Positions 26,863 to 36,476 of a stretch of 64,000 nucleotides of DNA are shown here, in pieces. How positions within the stretch are numbered: the stretch's first letter is position 1; every line of letters starts with the position of its first letter. The translations under genes and the position numbers were made by a program. Location: contig DATECF010000256.1 of NCBI GenBank assembly GCA_035287045.1, positions 43,125 to 107,124 on the forward strand. The letters are read 5' to 3'. This DNA is from Gemmatimonadales bacterium. Lineage in GTDB: Bacteria > Gemmatimonadota > Gemmatimonadetes > Gemmatimonadales > GWC2-71-9. The notes under the pieces were generated by a model. That model saw nothing but the letters and a program-made list of their open reading frames with translations, was not told the origin of the DNA and did no database searches.

Positions 26863-27726
26863 TCACCCGGTGGGCCGGGGCACGAACCGTCCCACAATAA
26901 TGGTGATGTTGTCGGTTCCCCCGCCATCGAGCGCATCCTGCAGCAGGCCTTCGCAGCCCTGCCGGGCGGATTCCATGGCGCCGAGCCGCTCGGCGATGCG
27001 CTCGTTGGAGACGTGCTTCGTGAGCCCGTCGGTGCAGAACAGATGGACGTTGCGCCAATGGTTCTGGAGCCGCGTTACCACCGGCTCGGTTTGCTTCCCG
27101 CCAATGGCGCTGGACAGGACGTGGCTCCACGGTGACCGCTCCAGGTCCGCCGGCTTCAGGACGCCCTGGTCCGCCAGGGCTTGCGCCATGGTTTGGTCGC
27201 GGCTCACCTGGGTCAGGCGGCCTTCACGGAACAAATAGAACCGCGAATCGCCCACCTGCAGCAGATACAGCCACGGCCACACACCGAGGAACAGCGTCAG
27301 CGTGGTCGCCATGCCGTGCAGGTCGGGGTCGCTCCCCGCCCGCTCGAGCACGCCGGCGTGGGTCCGCCGGGCCGCCTGCTGCAGCTCGTCGCGGAAGGCC
27401 TCATCCCTCGCGTCCGCCGAGTAGTAACACCTCATGCTCTCGGTCACGTACAGCATGGACTGTTCCAGGGTGAACCGGCTCGCCTCTTCGCCTCCCGCGC
27501 CGCCTCCAACCCCATCCGCCACCATGACCAGAAACGCGACGCGGTCCTCCCCAGTGGGGAGACGCGCCACGTCGGGCAGGCTGGTCTGGTGCAGCTCGAT
27601 CTTCTTGCGCAGCGAGGCGATGAGGAAGTGATCCTGATTGGTCTTGCGGACCTTGCCGGGATGGGTGAGCCCGTGAATATCGATCTCGTCGTCACGGGGT
27701 TTGCGGGTGATGGGCGGGGCGTCCAT
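26863..27726 (-). CDS. PP2C-family Ser/Thr protein phosphatase
   Basis: GLTHPGKVRKTNQDHF, VADGVGG, and GGTDNITIIV at the C-terminus. Confidence 0.85.
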   Translation of the reverse strand: MDAPPITRKPRDDEIDIHGLTHPGKVRKTNQDHFLIASLRKKIELHQTSLPDVARLPTGEDRVAFLVMVADGVGGGAGGEEASRFTLEQSMLYVTESMRCYYSADARDEAFRDELQQAARRTHAGVLERAGSDPDLHGMATTLTLFLGVWPWLYLLQVGDSRFYLFREGRLTQVSRDQTMAQALADQGVLKPADLERSPWSHVLSSAIGGKQTEPVVTRLQNHWRNVHLFCTDGLTKHVSNERIAERLGAMESARQGCEGLLQDALDGGGTDNITIIVGRFVPRPTG

Positions 27727-27747
27727 GCCGAGTGGATCGGTGGACGG

Positions 27748-29358
27748 CTAACGCCGGGCGCGGGCCGGTCCGTACAGCACCCGCCCAGGCCTCGCGGCCG
27801 TCATGTGCCCGTTCTCGAAAACGATCTGTCCGTTGACGACGACCACCGAGAACCCTTCCGCATACTGGTGCGGCCGCTCGAACGTGGCCGCGTCGCGCAC
27901 GGTGGCCGGATCGAACACCGCCAGATCTGCTTTCATTCCCGGCTTCACCACGCCGCGATCCGGGAGCCCCAGTCGCTGCGCCGGGAAGGACGTCATCTTG
28001 CGTACCGCGTCCTCCAGCGTGAGCGCGCCCTGGTCCCGCACATACACGCCCAGCACTCGCGCAAAGGTCCCGTAGCTCCGAGGATGCGGGCTCCCTCGGC
28101 CGAAGATGGGGATCTCTCCGTCGGTCGCGACCATGGTTGCCGGATGCCGCAGGATGCGGACCACGTCCTCTTCATTGATCGCGTGGAACACGCCCTGGCA
28201 GCCGCCCCGCTCGGTGACCCAGATGGCGGCCTCGGCGGCGTTCTCTACCGTGGGCTCCATGCCCCGCAAGCGGGCCACGTCCGCTAGGGTTTTGCCCGCC
28301 AGCGTGCTGTCCCACTGGCAATTCGCCACCACCACGTTCTTGGGGTCCCCCCCGCCTCGCTCCTCGCGAATGATCCGCGCACTCTCGGTCTTGATTCGCG
28401 CACGGGTGGCGGGGTCCCCAAGGCGCTTCAGGATCTCCTCCCGGCCGCCCTCCTGGGCCCAGGCCGGAAACAGCGCCGCGGTGATACTGGTGCTGGAGGC
28501 GGTGTACGGGTATTGGTCGATGGTCGCGTCCACGCCCCTCGCTCGCGCCTGGTCCACCAGCCGCAGCGTTTCCACGCTCCGTCCCCAGTTGGCGGGCCCC
28601 ACCACTTTGTGGTGGGTCACCTGGGTGGGCAGCCCGCCTGCCTCGCCGATCCGGATGGTCTCCTCGACGCTCTGCACCACCCGCGACGCCTCTTCGCGCA
28701 TGTGGGAGATGTAGATGCCGCCCATTCGGCCCACGACCTTCGCCAACTCGACCACCTCTTCCGTGGGCGTGAACGTGCCGGGCACGTAGAACAACCCGGA
28801 GGAGAGCCCAAACGCCCCGTCCCGCATCCCCTGCTCCACCAAGGCCCTCATCCTCTGGACCTCGTCCGGCGTGGCTGTGCGGTTGACCTCCCCGATCACC
28901 GCCGAGCGGACCGAGCCCTGGCCAATGAAGGCGCCGATATTGATGGACTTTGGGAGCGAGTCGAGGCGCGCGAGGAACGGTGCTAAGGGCACCGGCGATC
29001 CGCCGTCCGGTCCCTCGATGACGGTGGTCACGCCCATGCGCACGTCGTTGTCCGCGGTCGGGACCTGGAAGATCCCGCGACGGGCGTGCGAGTGGATGTC
29101 AATGAACCCCGGTGCGATCACCCATCCGGCGACATCTATCACTCGGGCCGCTGGCTCCGTAATGGACGCGGCGATCCGCACGATGGTCTCGCCCCGAATC
29201 GCGACGTCCCCCCGGTACCACGGGCTGCCGGTCCCGTCCACCACCCGGCCGTTCTTGAGGAGGAGATCGTACGGCGCGTCCTGAGCCCTGGCAGGCTGGA
29301 CCAACGCAACACCGATCAGCGCGACGGTCAGCACGGATAAGACGCGTGCGGCGGGCAA
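27748..29358 (-). CDS. N-acyl-D-amino-acid deacylase (D-aminoacylase) family amidohydrolase, secreted
   Basis: Signal peptide, GFIDIHSH metal motif, and family-typical ADLAVFDP and VVVNG. Confidence 0.85.
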   Translation of the reverse strand: MPAARVLSVLTVALIGVALVQPARAQDAPYDLLLKNGRVVDGTGSPWYRGDVAIRGETIVRIAASITEPAARVIDVAGWVIAPGFIDIHSHARRGIFQVPTADNDVRMGVTTVIEGPDGGSPVPLAPFLARLDSLPKSINIGAFIGQGSVRSAVIGEVNRTATPDEVQRMRALVEQGMRDGAFGLSSGLFYVPGTFTPTEEVVELAKVVGRMGGIYISHMREEASRVVQSVEETIRIGEAGGLPTQVTHHKVVGPANWGRSVETLRLVDQARARGVDATIDQYPYTASSTSITAALFPAWAQEGGREEILKRLGDPATRARIKTESARIIREERGGGDPKNVVVANCQWDSTLAGKTLADVARLRGMEPTVENAAEAAIWVTERGGCQGVFHAINEEDVVRILRHPATMVATDGEIPIFGRGSPHPRSYGTFARVLGVYVRDQGALTLEDAVRKMTSFPAQRLGLPDRGVVKPGMKADLAVFDPATVRDAATFERPHQYAEGFSVVVVNGQIVFENGHMTAARPGRVLYGPARARR

Positions 29359-29482
29359 AGGGCGGTTCCTTGGTGTCGGACGAGACCAAGATCCGCGTCC
29401 GGAGGCGACACCGCCAGGGTCGGCTTGACACGCGCCCCCGCCCCGGGCACCCTACGGGCATCCTCGTGGAGGCCCTCCCCCC

Positions 29483-30292
29483 ATGACACACGACATCATC
29501 GCGCTGTCGGCGGTCCTGGCGTTGTTCGCCGCGCCGAGCCGGCCGTCCTACGCGCAGGCCGGCTCTTCCATTCCGGAAGCGTTAGTGGGCAAAGCCCCCC
29601 CGCCCGCCGGGCAGGCCGTCACCTACGTTGCCGGAGATGCGGCGACCAGGGGCTACCTCGCCGTGCCCGGTGGCACCGGACCCTTTCCGGCCCTGATCAT
29701 CATTCACGAGTGGAACGGCCTGGTGGACCGGGTGCGTCAGGTGGCAGACGCGTTCGCGTCGCAGGGTTACCTGACGCTGGCCGCCGACCTGTACCAGGGC
29801 CGCACGGGAACCAGCCCCGAGGAGAACCGGCGCCTGTCCTCAGAGGCGCGAAGCAACCTGCCCGCGGTGATCGCCAACCTCAACGCCGCCCAGCGCTTCT
29901 TGCGGCAACGGGCGGACGTGACCGGGAAGATCGGGGTGATGGGGTGGTGCTTTGGCGGGGGCGTGGCGTTGAGTTACGCGCTGGGGGGCGAACATCACGA
30001 TGCCACCGCCATGTTCTACGGCTCGCTGGTTACGGATCCGGCTGAGCTCAGGAAGCTGGACCATCCATTGTACGGCACCTTCGCGGGCCAGGACCGGGGC
30101 ATTCCGCCGGAGCAGGTTCGCCGGTTCAGCGCCGCCCTCGACTCCCTTGGCATTCAGAACGACGTGCACATTTACGATCCCGTGGGCCACGGGTTCTGGC
30201 TGTACGTGGACCAGGACCCGGCCACGCGCGAGGCGCCGGCCCGGGACGCGTGGGCTCGGCTGATGCGGTTCCTGGGGACGGTTCTGCGCTGA
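29483..30292 (+). CDS. dienelactone hydrolase family protein
   Basis: Signal peptide, IIIHEWNGL, nucleophile region GVMGWCFGG, and a C-terminal HGF. Confidence 0.85.
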   Translation: MTHDIIALSAVLALFAAPSRPSYAQAGSSIPEALVGKAPPPAGQAVTYVAGDAATRGYLAVPGGTGPFPALIIIHEWNGLVDRVRQVADAFASQGYLTLAADLYQGRTGTSPEENRRLSSEARSNLPAVIANLNAAQRFLRQRADVTGKIGVMGWCFGGGVALSYALGGEHHDATAMFYGSLVTDPAELRKLDHPLYGTFAGQDRGIPPEQVRRFSAALDSLGIQNDVHIYDPVGHGFWLYVDQDPATREAPARDAWARLMRFLGTVLR

Positions 30293-30295
30293 TCC

Positions 30296-31036
30296 TCAGG
30301 GCGCGGTTTCGGCCCGCCGCCGGATGGCCTCCAGCCACCCGCGCCGGATCAATGCGCTGCCGGGATAGATGAAGCTCCAGTAGAGCCCGAAGCGGCGCCG
30401 GACCGACGGGGCGCGCGCGGCGACACGGGTCTCGGTGGTGAGCAGGCTGGCGCCGTCCGGGAGGGCCTCGACGCGAAAGCTCATCGCCGCCCGCGCATAG
30501 TCCAGGGTCTCCAAGGCCTGGAAGCCGTCCGCGCTTCCCAGCGCCACCGTGCCGCAGCAGACCACGGTGCCCACCACCAGCTCAGTCTCCGGGATTTCTC
30601 CCAACAGAACGAAACCCGACCGTAGGGCCACATCCAGAATGGGGGCGTGCCAGTCGGGCGCGAGGACGCTCTCGGTCCCACGCCTCCACGGCAGCCTCGG
30701 CGAGCGGATCCACGTGAGCACCCGGAAGTATCGGATCTCGTCCGCGGTGACGGCGTGGACGGCCCGGAAGATGCGTTCAGGCGCGGCCCGGACTCGGGTC
30801 GTGTGCACCTCGCCGAAGTGTGATTCCGGCAAAAGCTCGTCGAGGAGCGTGTCACCGGTCGCCTGCTGCACGCCAACCGGCCACCAGGCGCCGGCGCACG
30901 CGAGGACCACGCCGGCCGGCAGCAGGACCATGCCGATGCCGGGAGTACGCCGCCCCATGAAGCGTGGCCGCACAACGGCAACTGCTCCGGCGAGCACCAG
31001 CGCAAGCCCGACGTAGGCGAGAACGCTCAGAATCAC
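30296..31036 (-). CDS. hypothetical membrane-anchored protein (possible SRPBCC/DUF2867-like fold)
   Basis: 246-aa ORF with two N-terminal TM helices. The family assignment is tentative. Confidence 0.5.
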   Translation of the reverse strand: MILSVLAYVGLALVLAGAVAVVRPRFMGRRTPGIGMVLLPAGVVLACAGAWWPVGVQQATGDTLLDELLPESHFGEVHTTRVRAAPERIFRAVHAVTADEIRYFRVLTWIRSPRLPWRRGTESVLAPDWHAPILDVALRSGFVLLGEIPETELVVGTVVCCGTVALGSADGFQALETLDYARAAMSFRVEALPDGASLLTTETRVAARAPSVRRRFGLYWSFIYPGSALIRRGWLEAIRRRAETAP

Positions 31037-31048
31037 GAGGAGCCCGCG

Positions 31049-32293
31049 CTAAGACGCGGGGTTGCCCTGGTATCTCGCCAGGATGGTGACCGAAGCGAGG
31101 TGCGCCGTCACGTTGGCCATGGTCTTGAAGAGATCGGGAATCGCGTCCACCGCAATGAGGATGCCCACGCCTTCCGCCGGCAACCCCAGGTGCACCAGCA
31201 CGGGCGCCAGCAGGAACAAACTGGCGGACGGGATGCCCGGAACGCTGAAACTGATGAGCGTGGAGGTCAGGATCAGGCCACTCATCTGCGCGATATCCAG
31301 CGGTACGCCGTAGAGCTTGCCCAGAAACAGCACGCCCACGACCCACGCGATGGGAACGTTGACCCGGAACACCGACACGGCCAGTGGGAGCGCGAACCCC
31401 GTGACCGGGGAAGGGAGCTTCAGCCGATCCGTGGCGCCGGCGATCATCGCAGGCAGGGCGGCGAGCGACGACCGGGAGCTGAAGGCCACGGCCTGGGCGG
31501 GCGCCGCCGCGGTGGCGAACGTGCGGAGACCTGCCCGTCCCACCAGGACGGCGACGGGATACAACGCGACGATATAGATCAACAACACGGCGGACAGCGT
31601 GAGCACGTAATGCAGCAGGGCGCCCGCCGCCGCCGCGCCCATCCGGAAGCCTAACGCCACGGCCAACCCGAAGATCCCAATGGGCGCCACCATCAGCACC
31701 CAGTGCACCAGGACCATCATCGCATCGGCGACGCTCTGGAACACGCCCACCAGCGCCTCCCGGCGCCCCGGCTCGAGCCGGGTGAGCGCGAGCCCCAACA
31801 GGAGCGTAAACACCACCAGCGGCAACATGGCGCCGTCGGCGGCGGCCTTCACCGGGTTGGCGGGTACCATCTCGACGATGCGCTGCACCAGGCCGGGCAT
31901 CTGCGGCCCGCCAGTGGCGGCGCCCGCGGTGGCGGCGGCGCCGGACCGGAGGTTGGCCGCGACCTCCGGGGCGATCACCAGGCGGTCCAGGGAGAGCGGC
32001 GCCACCAGGAGGGTGAAGACGCCGCCGGCCAGCAGAAACATCAGAAATACCGGCACCGCCAGCGCGCCCAGGCGACCGACTCGCCGAGTGTCGGCCGTGG
32101 AGACCACACCGGTGATGACCAGCGCCACGACCAGCGGCACCACGGTCATGCGGATCGCGTTGATCCAGAGGGTGCCGACGGCCTCGAATCCGCTGACGGC
32201 CGTCGCCAGAGAGGGACGGTGCAACGCGGCGGCGCCGGCGCCCAGTGCCAGGCCGACCACCAGCGCGAGGAGCACCCAGGTGGCGGAGCGCAC
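31049..32293 (-). CDS. dicarboxylate/amino acid:cation symporter (DAACS family)
   Basis: 414 aa, polytopic, with family motifs SSRSSLAALP and GIPSASLF. Confidence 0.9.
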   Translation of the reverse strand: MRSATWVLLALVVGLALGAGAAALHRPSLATAVSGFEAVGTLWINAIRMTVVPLVVALVITGVVSTADTRRVGRLGALAVPVFLMFLLAGGVFTLLVAPLSLDRLVIAPEVAANLRSGAAATAGAATGGPQMPGLVQRIVEMVPANPVKAAADGAMLPLVVFTLLLGLALTRLEPGRREALVGVFQSVADAMMVLVHWVLMVAPIGIFGLAVALGFRMGAAAAGALLHYVLTLSAVLLIYIVALYPVAVLVGRAGLRTFATAAAPAQAVAFSSRSSLAALPAMIAGATDRLKLPSPVTGFALPLAVSVFRVNVPIAWVVGVLFLGKLYGVPLDIAQMSGLILTSTLISFSVPGIPSASLFLLAPVLVHLGLPAEGVGILIAVDAIPDLFKTMANVTAHLASVTILARYQGNPAS

Positions 32294-32295
32294 TC

Positions 32296-33336
32296 CTAGA
32301 CGTTGAACCGCACGTGCAGGATTTCTCCGTCCGCCACCACGTAGTCCTTGCCCTCGAGCTTGAGCCGGCCCGCCTCTTTCACCGCGTGCTCGGAGCCGTA
32401 CTCCATGAACACCTGGTAGGGAATGACTTCGGCCCGGATGAACCCGCGCTCCAGGTCGGAGTGGATCCGCCCGGCCGCCTGCCGCGCGTTGGCGCCACGC
32501 TTGATGGTCCAGGCGCGGACTTCGTCGGGCCCCACGGTGAAGAACGAAATCAGATCCATGAGATGGTAGGCGGTACGAATAAACCGGACCAGGCCCGGCT
32601 CCGTGAGGCCCAGGTCCTCGAGGAAGGCCGGCTGATCCGCGACATCCATTCCGGCGATTTCCGCCTCCACGCTGGCCGAGAGCACGAATCCCTCGGCGTT
32701 GACCTGCTCCAGGCGCTTCGCCAGATCGCCCGGCAGCGGCTTGGCCGCCTCCGCCTCGTGCCGGTTGAGGACCACCATCAGGGGACGGTCGGTGAGCAGC
32801 GCGTAGCCCTTGAGTTGATCCCGGTGCAGCTCACTCTCCGAGAGCGAGCGTAACGGCCGTTCCTGTTCCAACGCCGCCTTCATTCGCTCGAACGTCGCCA
32901 CCTCGAGCGGGTTGGTCTTCTCCTTGTGGGCGCGATCCAGCCGCCGCTCCACTATGCCGAGGTCGGCGAACAGGCACTCAGTGTAGAAGGCTTCAAGATC
33001 GGCGAGCGGGTCCGGCTTTCCCTCCAGCGCTGGATTCTCGAAGTCCCGCAGCACCAGGCACAGTACCTCCTGATCGCGGATCTGCTGCAATGCTTTGGTG
33101 GAGAGGCCTTTCTTGTCTGCCCCGTGCTCGCCCGGGATGTCGCAGAAGGCGATCTCCGCGTACGTGGTCTTCTTTGGCTTGAAGATGCCGGAGAGGACAT
33201 CAATCCGTTGGTCCGGCACCTTGACCGTGCCCAGCCGCACCTCGCCACCGAAGCCAACCGGCGCATCGAGGCCCGTCAGGGCGTTGAACACGGTCGTCTT
33301 GCCGGAGCCCGCAAAGCCCACCAATCCCACTTTCAC
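32296..33336 (-). CDS. ychF: YchF/OLA1-like P-loop NTPase
   Basis: VKVGLVGFAGSGKTTVFNALTG from GTG 33336. The C-terminal EGKDYVVADGEILHVRFNV is the YchF TGS end. The ORF-track N-terminal 90 aa are not supported. Confidence 0.85.
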   Translation of the reverse strand: MKVGLVGFAGSGKTTVFNALTGLDAPVGFGGEVRLGTVKVPDQRIDVLSGIFKPKKTTYAEIAFCDIPGEHGADKKGLSTKALQQIRDQEVLCLVLRDFENPALEGKPDPLADLEAFYTECLFADLGIVERRLDRAHKEKTNPLEVATFERMKAALEQERPLRSLSESELHRDQLKGYALLTDRPLMVVLNRHEAEAAKPLPGDLAKRLEQVNAEGFVLSASVEAEIAGMDVADQPAFLEDLGLTEPGLVRFIRTAYHLMDLISFFTVGPDEVRAWTIKRGANARQAAGRIHSDLERGFIRAEVIPYQVFMEYGSEHAVKEAGRLKLEGKDYVVADGEILHVRFNV

Positions 33337-33386
33337 CAACCCCTCCCAGGTTGCCCGCTCACCTCCCAGCCACGACACCCGCCCAT

Positions 33387-35552
33387 TCAGCGTCCGGGAC
33401 GATACCTGCGCTCCGTATGCCCTTCGAGCTGGGAGCGGTAGAAGTACACCTCGCGCAGGTCCCCGGTGCTGTAGCGCACGGCCTGGTCGTTGAAGTGGGC
33501 GGATGCGGGACTGCTGTTCAGGCCGCCCGCCGTGATGGCTCTGGCCCGGACGCTGTCGCCGAACTCGACCACCGCGACGAAGCTGTTCCCGCTGGTGCCG
33601 TACCACTTCTTGGTACCCGGGTACGCGCGCGCTCCGAAGGACGCCAACGAACCCCAGCGCGAGGACGTGAAGCCCACGGGGATGCTGGGCCCACTGTCGT
33701 TGAACGGCTGCACGATATCCCCCGTGAGGCGCTGGAACCGGCTGATGTCTCCCCAGGGGGTTCGCCAGGTGCCAAAGTCGTTGGTGAGCCTGGTGGAGGT
33801 CGCCGCGAGCGCCTCGAGCCGCTGGCGAGGCGTCGTCCGGGTGGCCATGTAGTCGAAGAGGGGCACGCCGGCCCGCCGCGCGTCCGCGCCGACCCGTTGC
33901 GCCAGTTCCTCGCCCCAGAACACCGCCAGCGACGTGGGCACCGAGGTCACCGACCAGCGGAGGTCCCAGCCCCTGAGCGCCGCGATCTGCTCCGCCACCT
34001 GGCTCTTGAGCGGACTCGAGGCCGGCGTCTGATCGTCGGCCCGGAGCAGGGAGGGGATCAGGTCCTCGAACGCCGTGAGGTAGCTGTCGAACGCCGCGGC
34101 GGTGAGCGAGGCCATCGTGAAATCGGTCCGGTCTTCCAGGACCCGGATGGCGTGGATCCCCCGGGCGTTTTCCCCTCCGGTCTCCATGTACGCGGGGTAG
34201 TCCCGCCGCCTGGGGCTGTTGGCGCCCGCCGCCGAGTAGGGCCAGTTGTTGGTGTTCTGGATCCAGCCGCCGGCCGGGTTGATCACGTTGGGGCTCTGGT
34301 CAATGGCATGCACGCCCTGCCACTCGGTCGCCGGGTTGCTTCCGTCCACCGGCTCGCTCCAGTCGAAGCGCGGGTCACGTTTGGGAACGAAGTTGGCGTG
34401 GAAGTAGGCGATGTTGCCTTCGGCGTCCGCGAACACCGTGTTGTTGGATGAGTTGGTGTGCAGCTCCATGGTCTCGCGGAACTCCTGGACGTTTCGGGCC
34501 TTGGTCCGCGTGTAGGACTGCGTCAGCGCCTTCACGGGCTCCTGCATCAACCGGACGCTGATCCACTTGCCGTTCGCCTCGCGGACGATGGGTCCGTGAT
34601 GGGTCCGGTACACCGTGAAGGCCTTCCTGGCCATGCCCGTGTCGGTCTTGAACGGCACGGCGATCGTCGTGGCCAGGACCGGGCGCTCTTCCCTGCCGTA
34701 GCGATAGACGTAGCCGTCGCCCCGCTGCACCACAGTTTCCGCGTATTCGTCGATGTTGTCCACGCCGCTCGAGGTGTGCATCCACCCCGCGGTCTGGTTG
34801 AACCCCTGGTAGACGAAAAACTGACCCCACGTCACGGCGCCGTAGGCGTTCAGGCCCTCGTCGCTGGTCATCTGCAGCTCGGCCCGGAAGAAGAACGACG
34901 TGTGCGGGTTGATCCACAGGAGGGCGTGCCGTGAGGCGCTGTTCGACGGGGCGACGGCGAAGCCGTTCGATCCCGCCGGCTCGGCCACGGGCTCGAGGTC
35001 CTCGAGCGGGACCAGGGCCCGGGTTCGGGGCCCCTCACCGTAGAACGCCTCGAGCTGGCGGAGGTTCACGCGCTCGATGTCCCCGCCGATACTGCCCTCG
35101 GTAAACGAGAGCGCCATCCAGGGCTCGAACCGGGTGATGACCCGGGGCGTCACGTCCGGGTGCGTATGGAGATAGTAGTTCAGCCCGGCGGCCCAGGCAT
35201 CCATCAGGTGTCGCAACCACTCAGGGCTCGCCGCGTACTGCGCCCGCAGCGAGTCGGGATCAATGAACAGCTTCATGCGCAGGTCGCGATAGACCGCGGC
35301 CTCCCCCTCGGCTTCGGCGAGCCGGCCCATCGCATTGAGGTAATTCGTTTCCACGCGATGGAAGTCGTCCTCTGCCTGCGCGTAGATCATGCCGAAGACC
35401 GCGTCGGCATCGGTATTCCCGTAGATGTGGGGGATGCCCCAGTCGTCCCGGATGATCGTGACCTCCCTGGCCTGCTGCTCCCAGGCCGCGACCTCCGGAT
35501 CCCGAGGCGCGCACGCGACGCAGGCGGCGAGCACGAGGACGAGGTGTCTCAT
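33387..35552 (-). CDS. penicillin acylase / acyl-homoserine-lactone acylase family (Ntn hydrolase)
   Basis: 721 aa with a signal peptide, the autoprocessing site GSNGFAV (nucleophile Ser) and a typical alpha/beta subunit layout. Confidence 0.9.
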   Translation of the reverse strand: MRHLVLVLAACVACAPRDPEVAAWEQQAREVTIIRDDWGIPHIYGNTDADAVFGMIYAQAEDDFHRVETNYLNAMGRLAEAEGEAAVYRDLRMKLFIDPDSLRAQYAASPEWLRHLMDAWAAGLNYYLHTHPDVTPRVITRFEPWMALSFTEGSIGGDIERVNLRQLEAFYGEGPRTRALVPLEDLEPVAEPAGSNGFAVAPSNSASRHALLWINPHTSFFFRAELQMTSDEGLNAYGAVTWGQFFVYQGFNQTAGWMHTSSGVDNIDEYAETVVQRGDGYVYRYGREERPVLATTIAVPFKTDTGMARKAFTVYRTHHGPIVREANGKWISVRLMQEPVKALTQSYTRTKARNVQEFRETMELHTNSSNNTVFADAEGNIAYFHANFVPKRDPRFDWSEPVDGSNPATEWQGVHAIDQSPNVINPAGGWIQNTNNWPYSAAGANSPRRRDYPAYMETGGENARGIHAIRVLEDRTDFTMASLTAAAFDSYLTAFEDLIPSLLRADDQTPASSPLKSQVAEQIAALRGWDLRWSVTSVPTSLAVFWGEELAQRVGADARRAGVPLFDYMATRTTPRQRLEALAATSTRLTNDFGTWRTPWGDISRFQRLTGDIVQPFNDSGPSIPVGFTSSRWGSLASFGARAYPGTKKWYGTSGNSFVAVVEFGDSVRARAITAGGLNSSPASAHFNDQAVRYSTGDLREVYFYRSQLEGHTERRYRPGR

Positions 35553-36427
35553 GGCAGCCCCAGCTTCCGCCGTGCGAAGGGGCGCGCAAACGCCGATGGC
35601 GGATTGTGCGCGGTCGCCATGTCGTACGCTCGCTGGTACAGCGCCTTGGCCCGGTCCTGCTGCCCCAGCTTCTCGTACGTCATGGCCAGCAGACAGTGCA
35701 TGAAGGGATCGCGGTCGTTTCCGCGCATGGCAACCGCTTTCGTGAGCTCCGCCTCGGCGGTTGCCAGGTCATTCGCGTAGAGCGCCACGTAGCCCGCGAG
35801 ATAGGGAAAGAACCGCTCCTGGTTTTCCGCCATGGTCGGGTCGCTGTCCAGGATCCGTCGCGCCTCGGCGACCTGGCGCTGGGCTTCCACCTGGTCTCCC
35901 CGGCGGGCGGCGAGCCGGCCCAGCGCGTGCGCCAGGCGGTAGTCCCAGAGGCTCCTGGGATGCTCCCGGGGCTCGGGCTCCTTGAGGCCCAGCTCCCAGC
36001 CCCTGCGGTACATCCGCTCCGCGGTCTCCAGCTCGCCGGCGTCAATGCACACCCGCGCGGATTCGTTCGCCATCTCCCCCTGCTGGTAGAACGCGTTCTG
36101 GGGCTCGGCCTGCTCGCGGGTCACCCAGTAGGCGATCACCATCTCGTGATATCTCACCGCGTTGGCGCAGTCGCCCTCAAAGCCGTAGGACATGGCCATG
36201 CGGCGCTGGGCCGCGGCTTTGGCGGCCGGCTCGGGCGCTTCGTCAATCAGGCGCTGCAAGACGGCGCGTGCTTCCGCGTGCTTTCCCTGCCGGTCCAGCT
36301 CCTGGGCCTCCCGCATAGGGCCGGACGGGCCGCCCCCACCCTGTGCCCCGGCGGTTCCGGTCGTCAGGGTGGACGCGGCGATCGTCAGGAGCGCCGACGT
36401 GGCATAGTGCACATAGGATGTGGTCAT
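35549..36427 (-). CDS. TPR repeat protein, secreted
   Basis: ATG 36427 is preceded by GGAGGA. It has a signal-like N-terminus and several TPR-like A/Y/L-rich repeats. Its stop overlaps the acylase start by 4 nt. Confidence 0.7.
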   Translation of the reverse strand: MTTSYVHYATSALLTIAASTLTTGTAGAQGGGGPSGPMREAQELDRQGKHAEARAVLQRLIDEAPEPAAKAAAQRRMAMSYGFEGDCANAVRYHEMVIAYWVTREQAEPQNAFYQQGEMANESARVCIDAGELETAERMYRRGWELGLKEPEPREHPRSLWDYRLAHALGRLAARRGDQVEAQRQVAEARRILDSDPTMAENQERFFPYLAGYVALYANDLATAEAELTKAVAMRGNDRDPFMHCLLAMTYEKLGQQDRAKALYQRAYDMATAHNPPSAFARPFARRKLGLP

Positions 36428-36476
36428 GGTCGTCTTCCTCCACGATTTGCCATTGCGTTGTCCTCGGCCTCCCACC

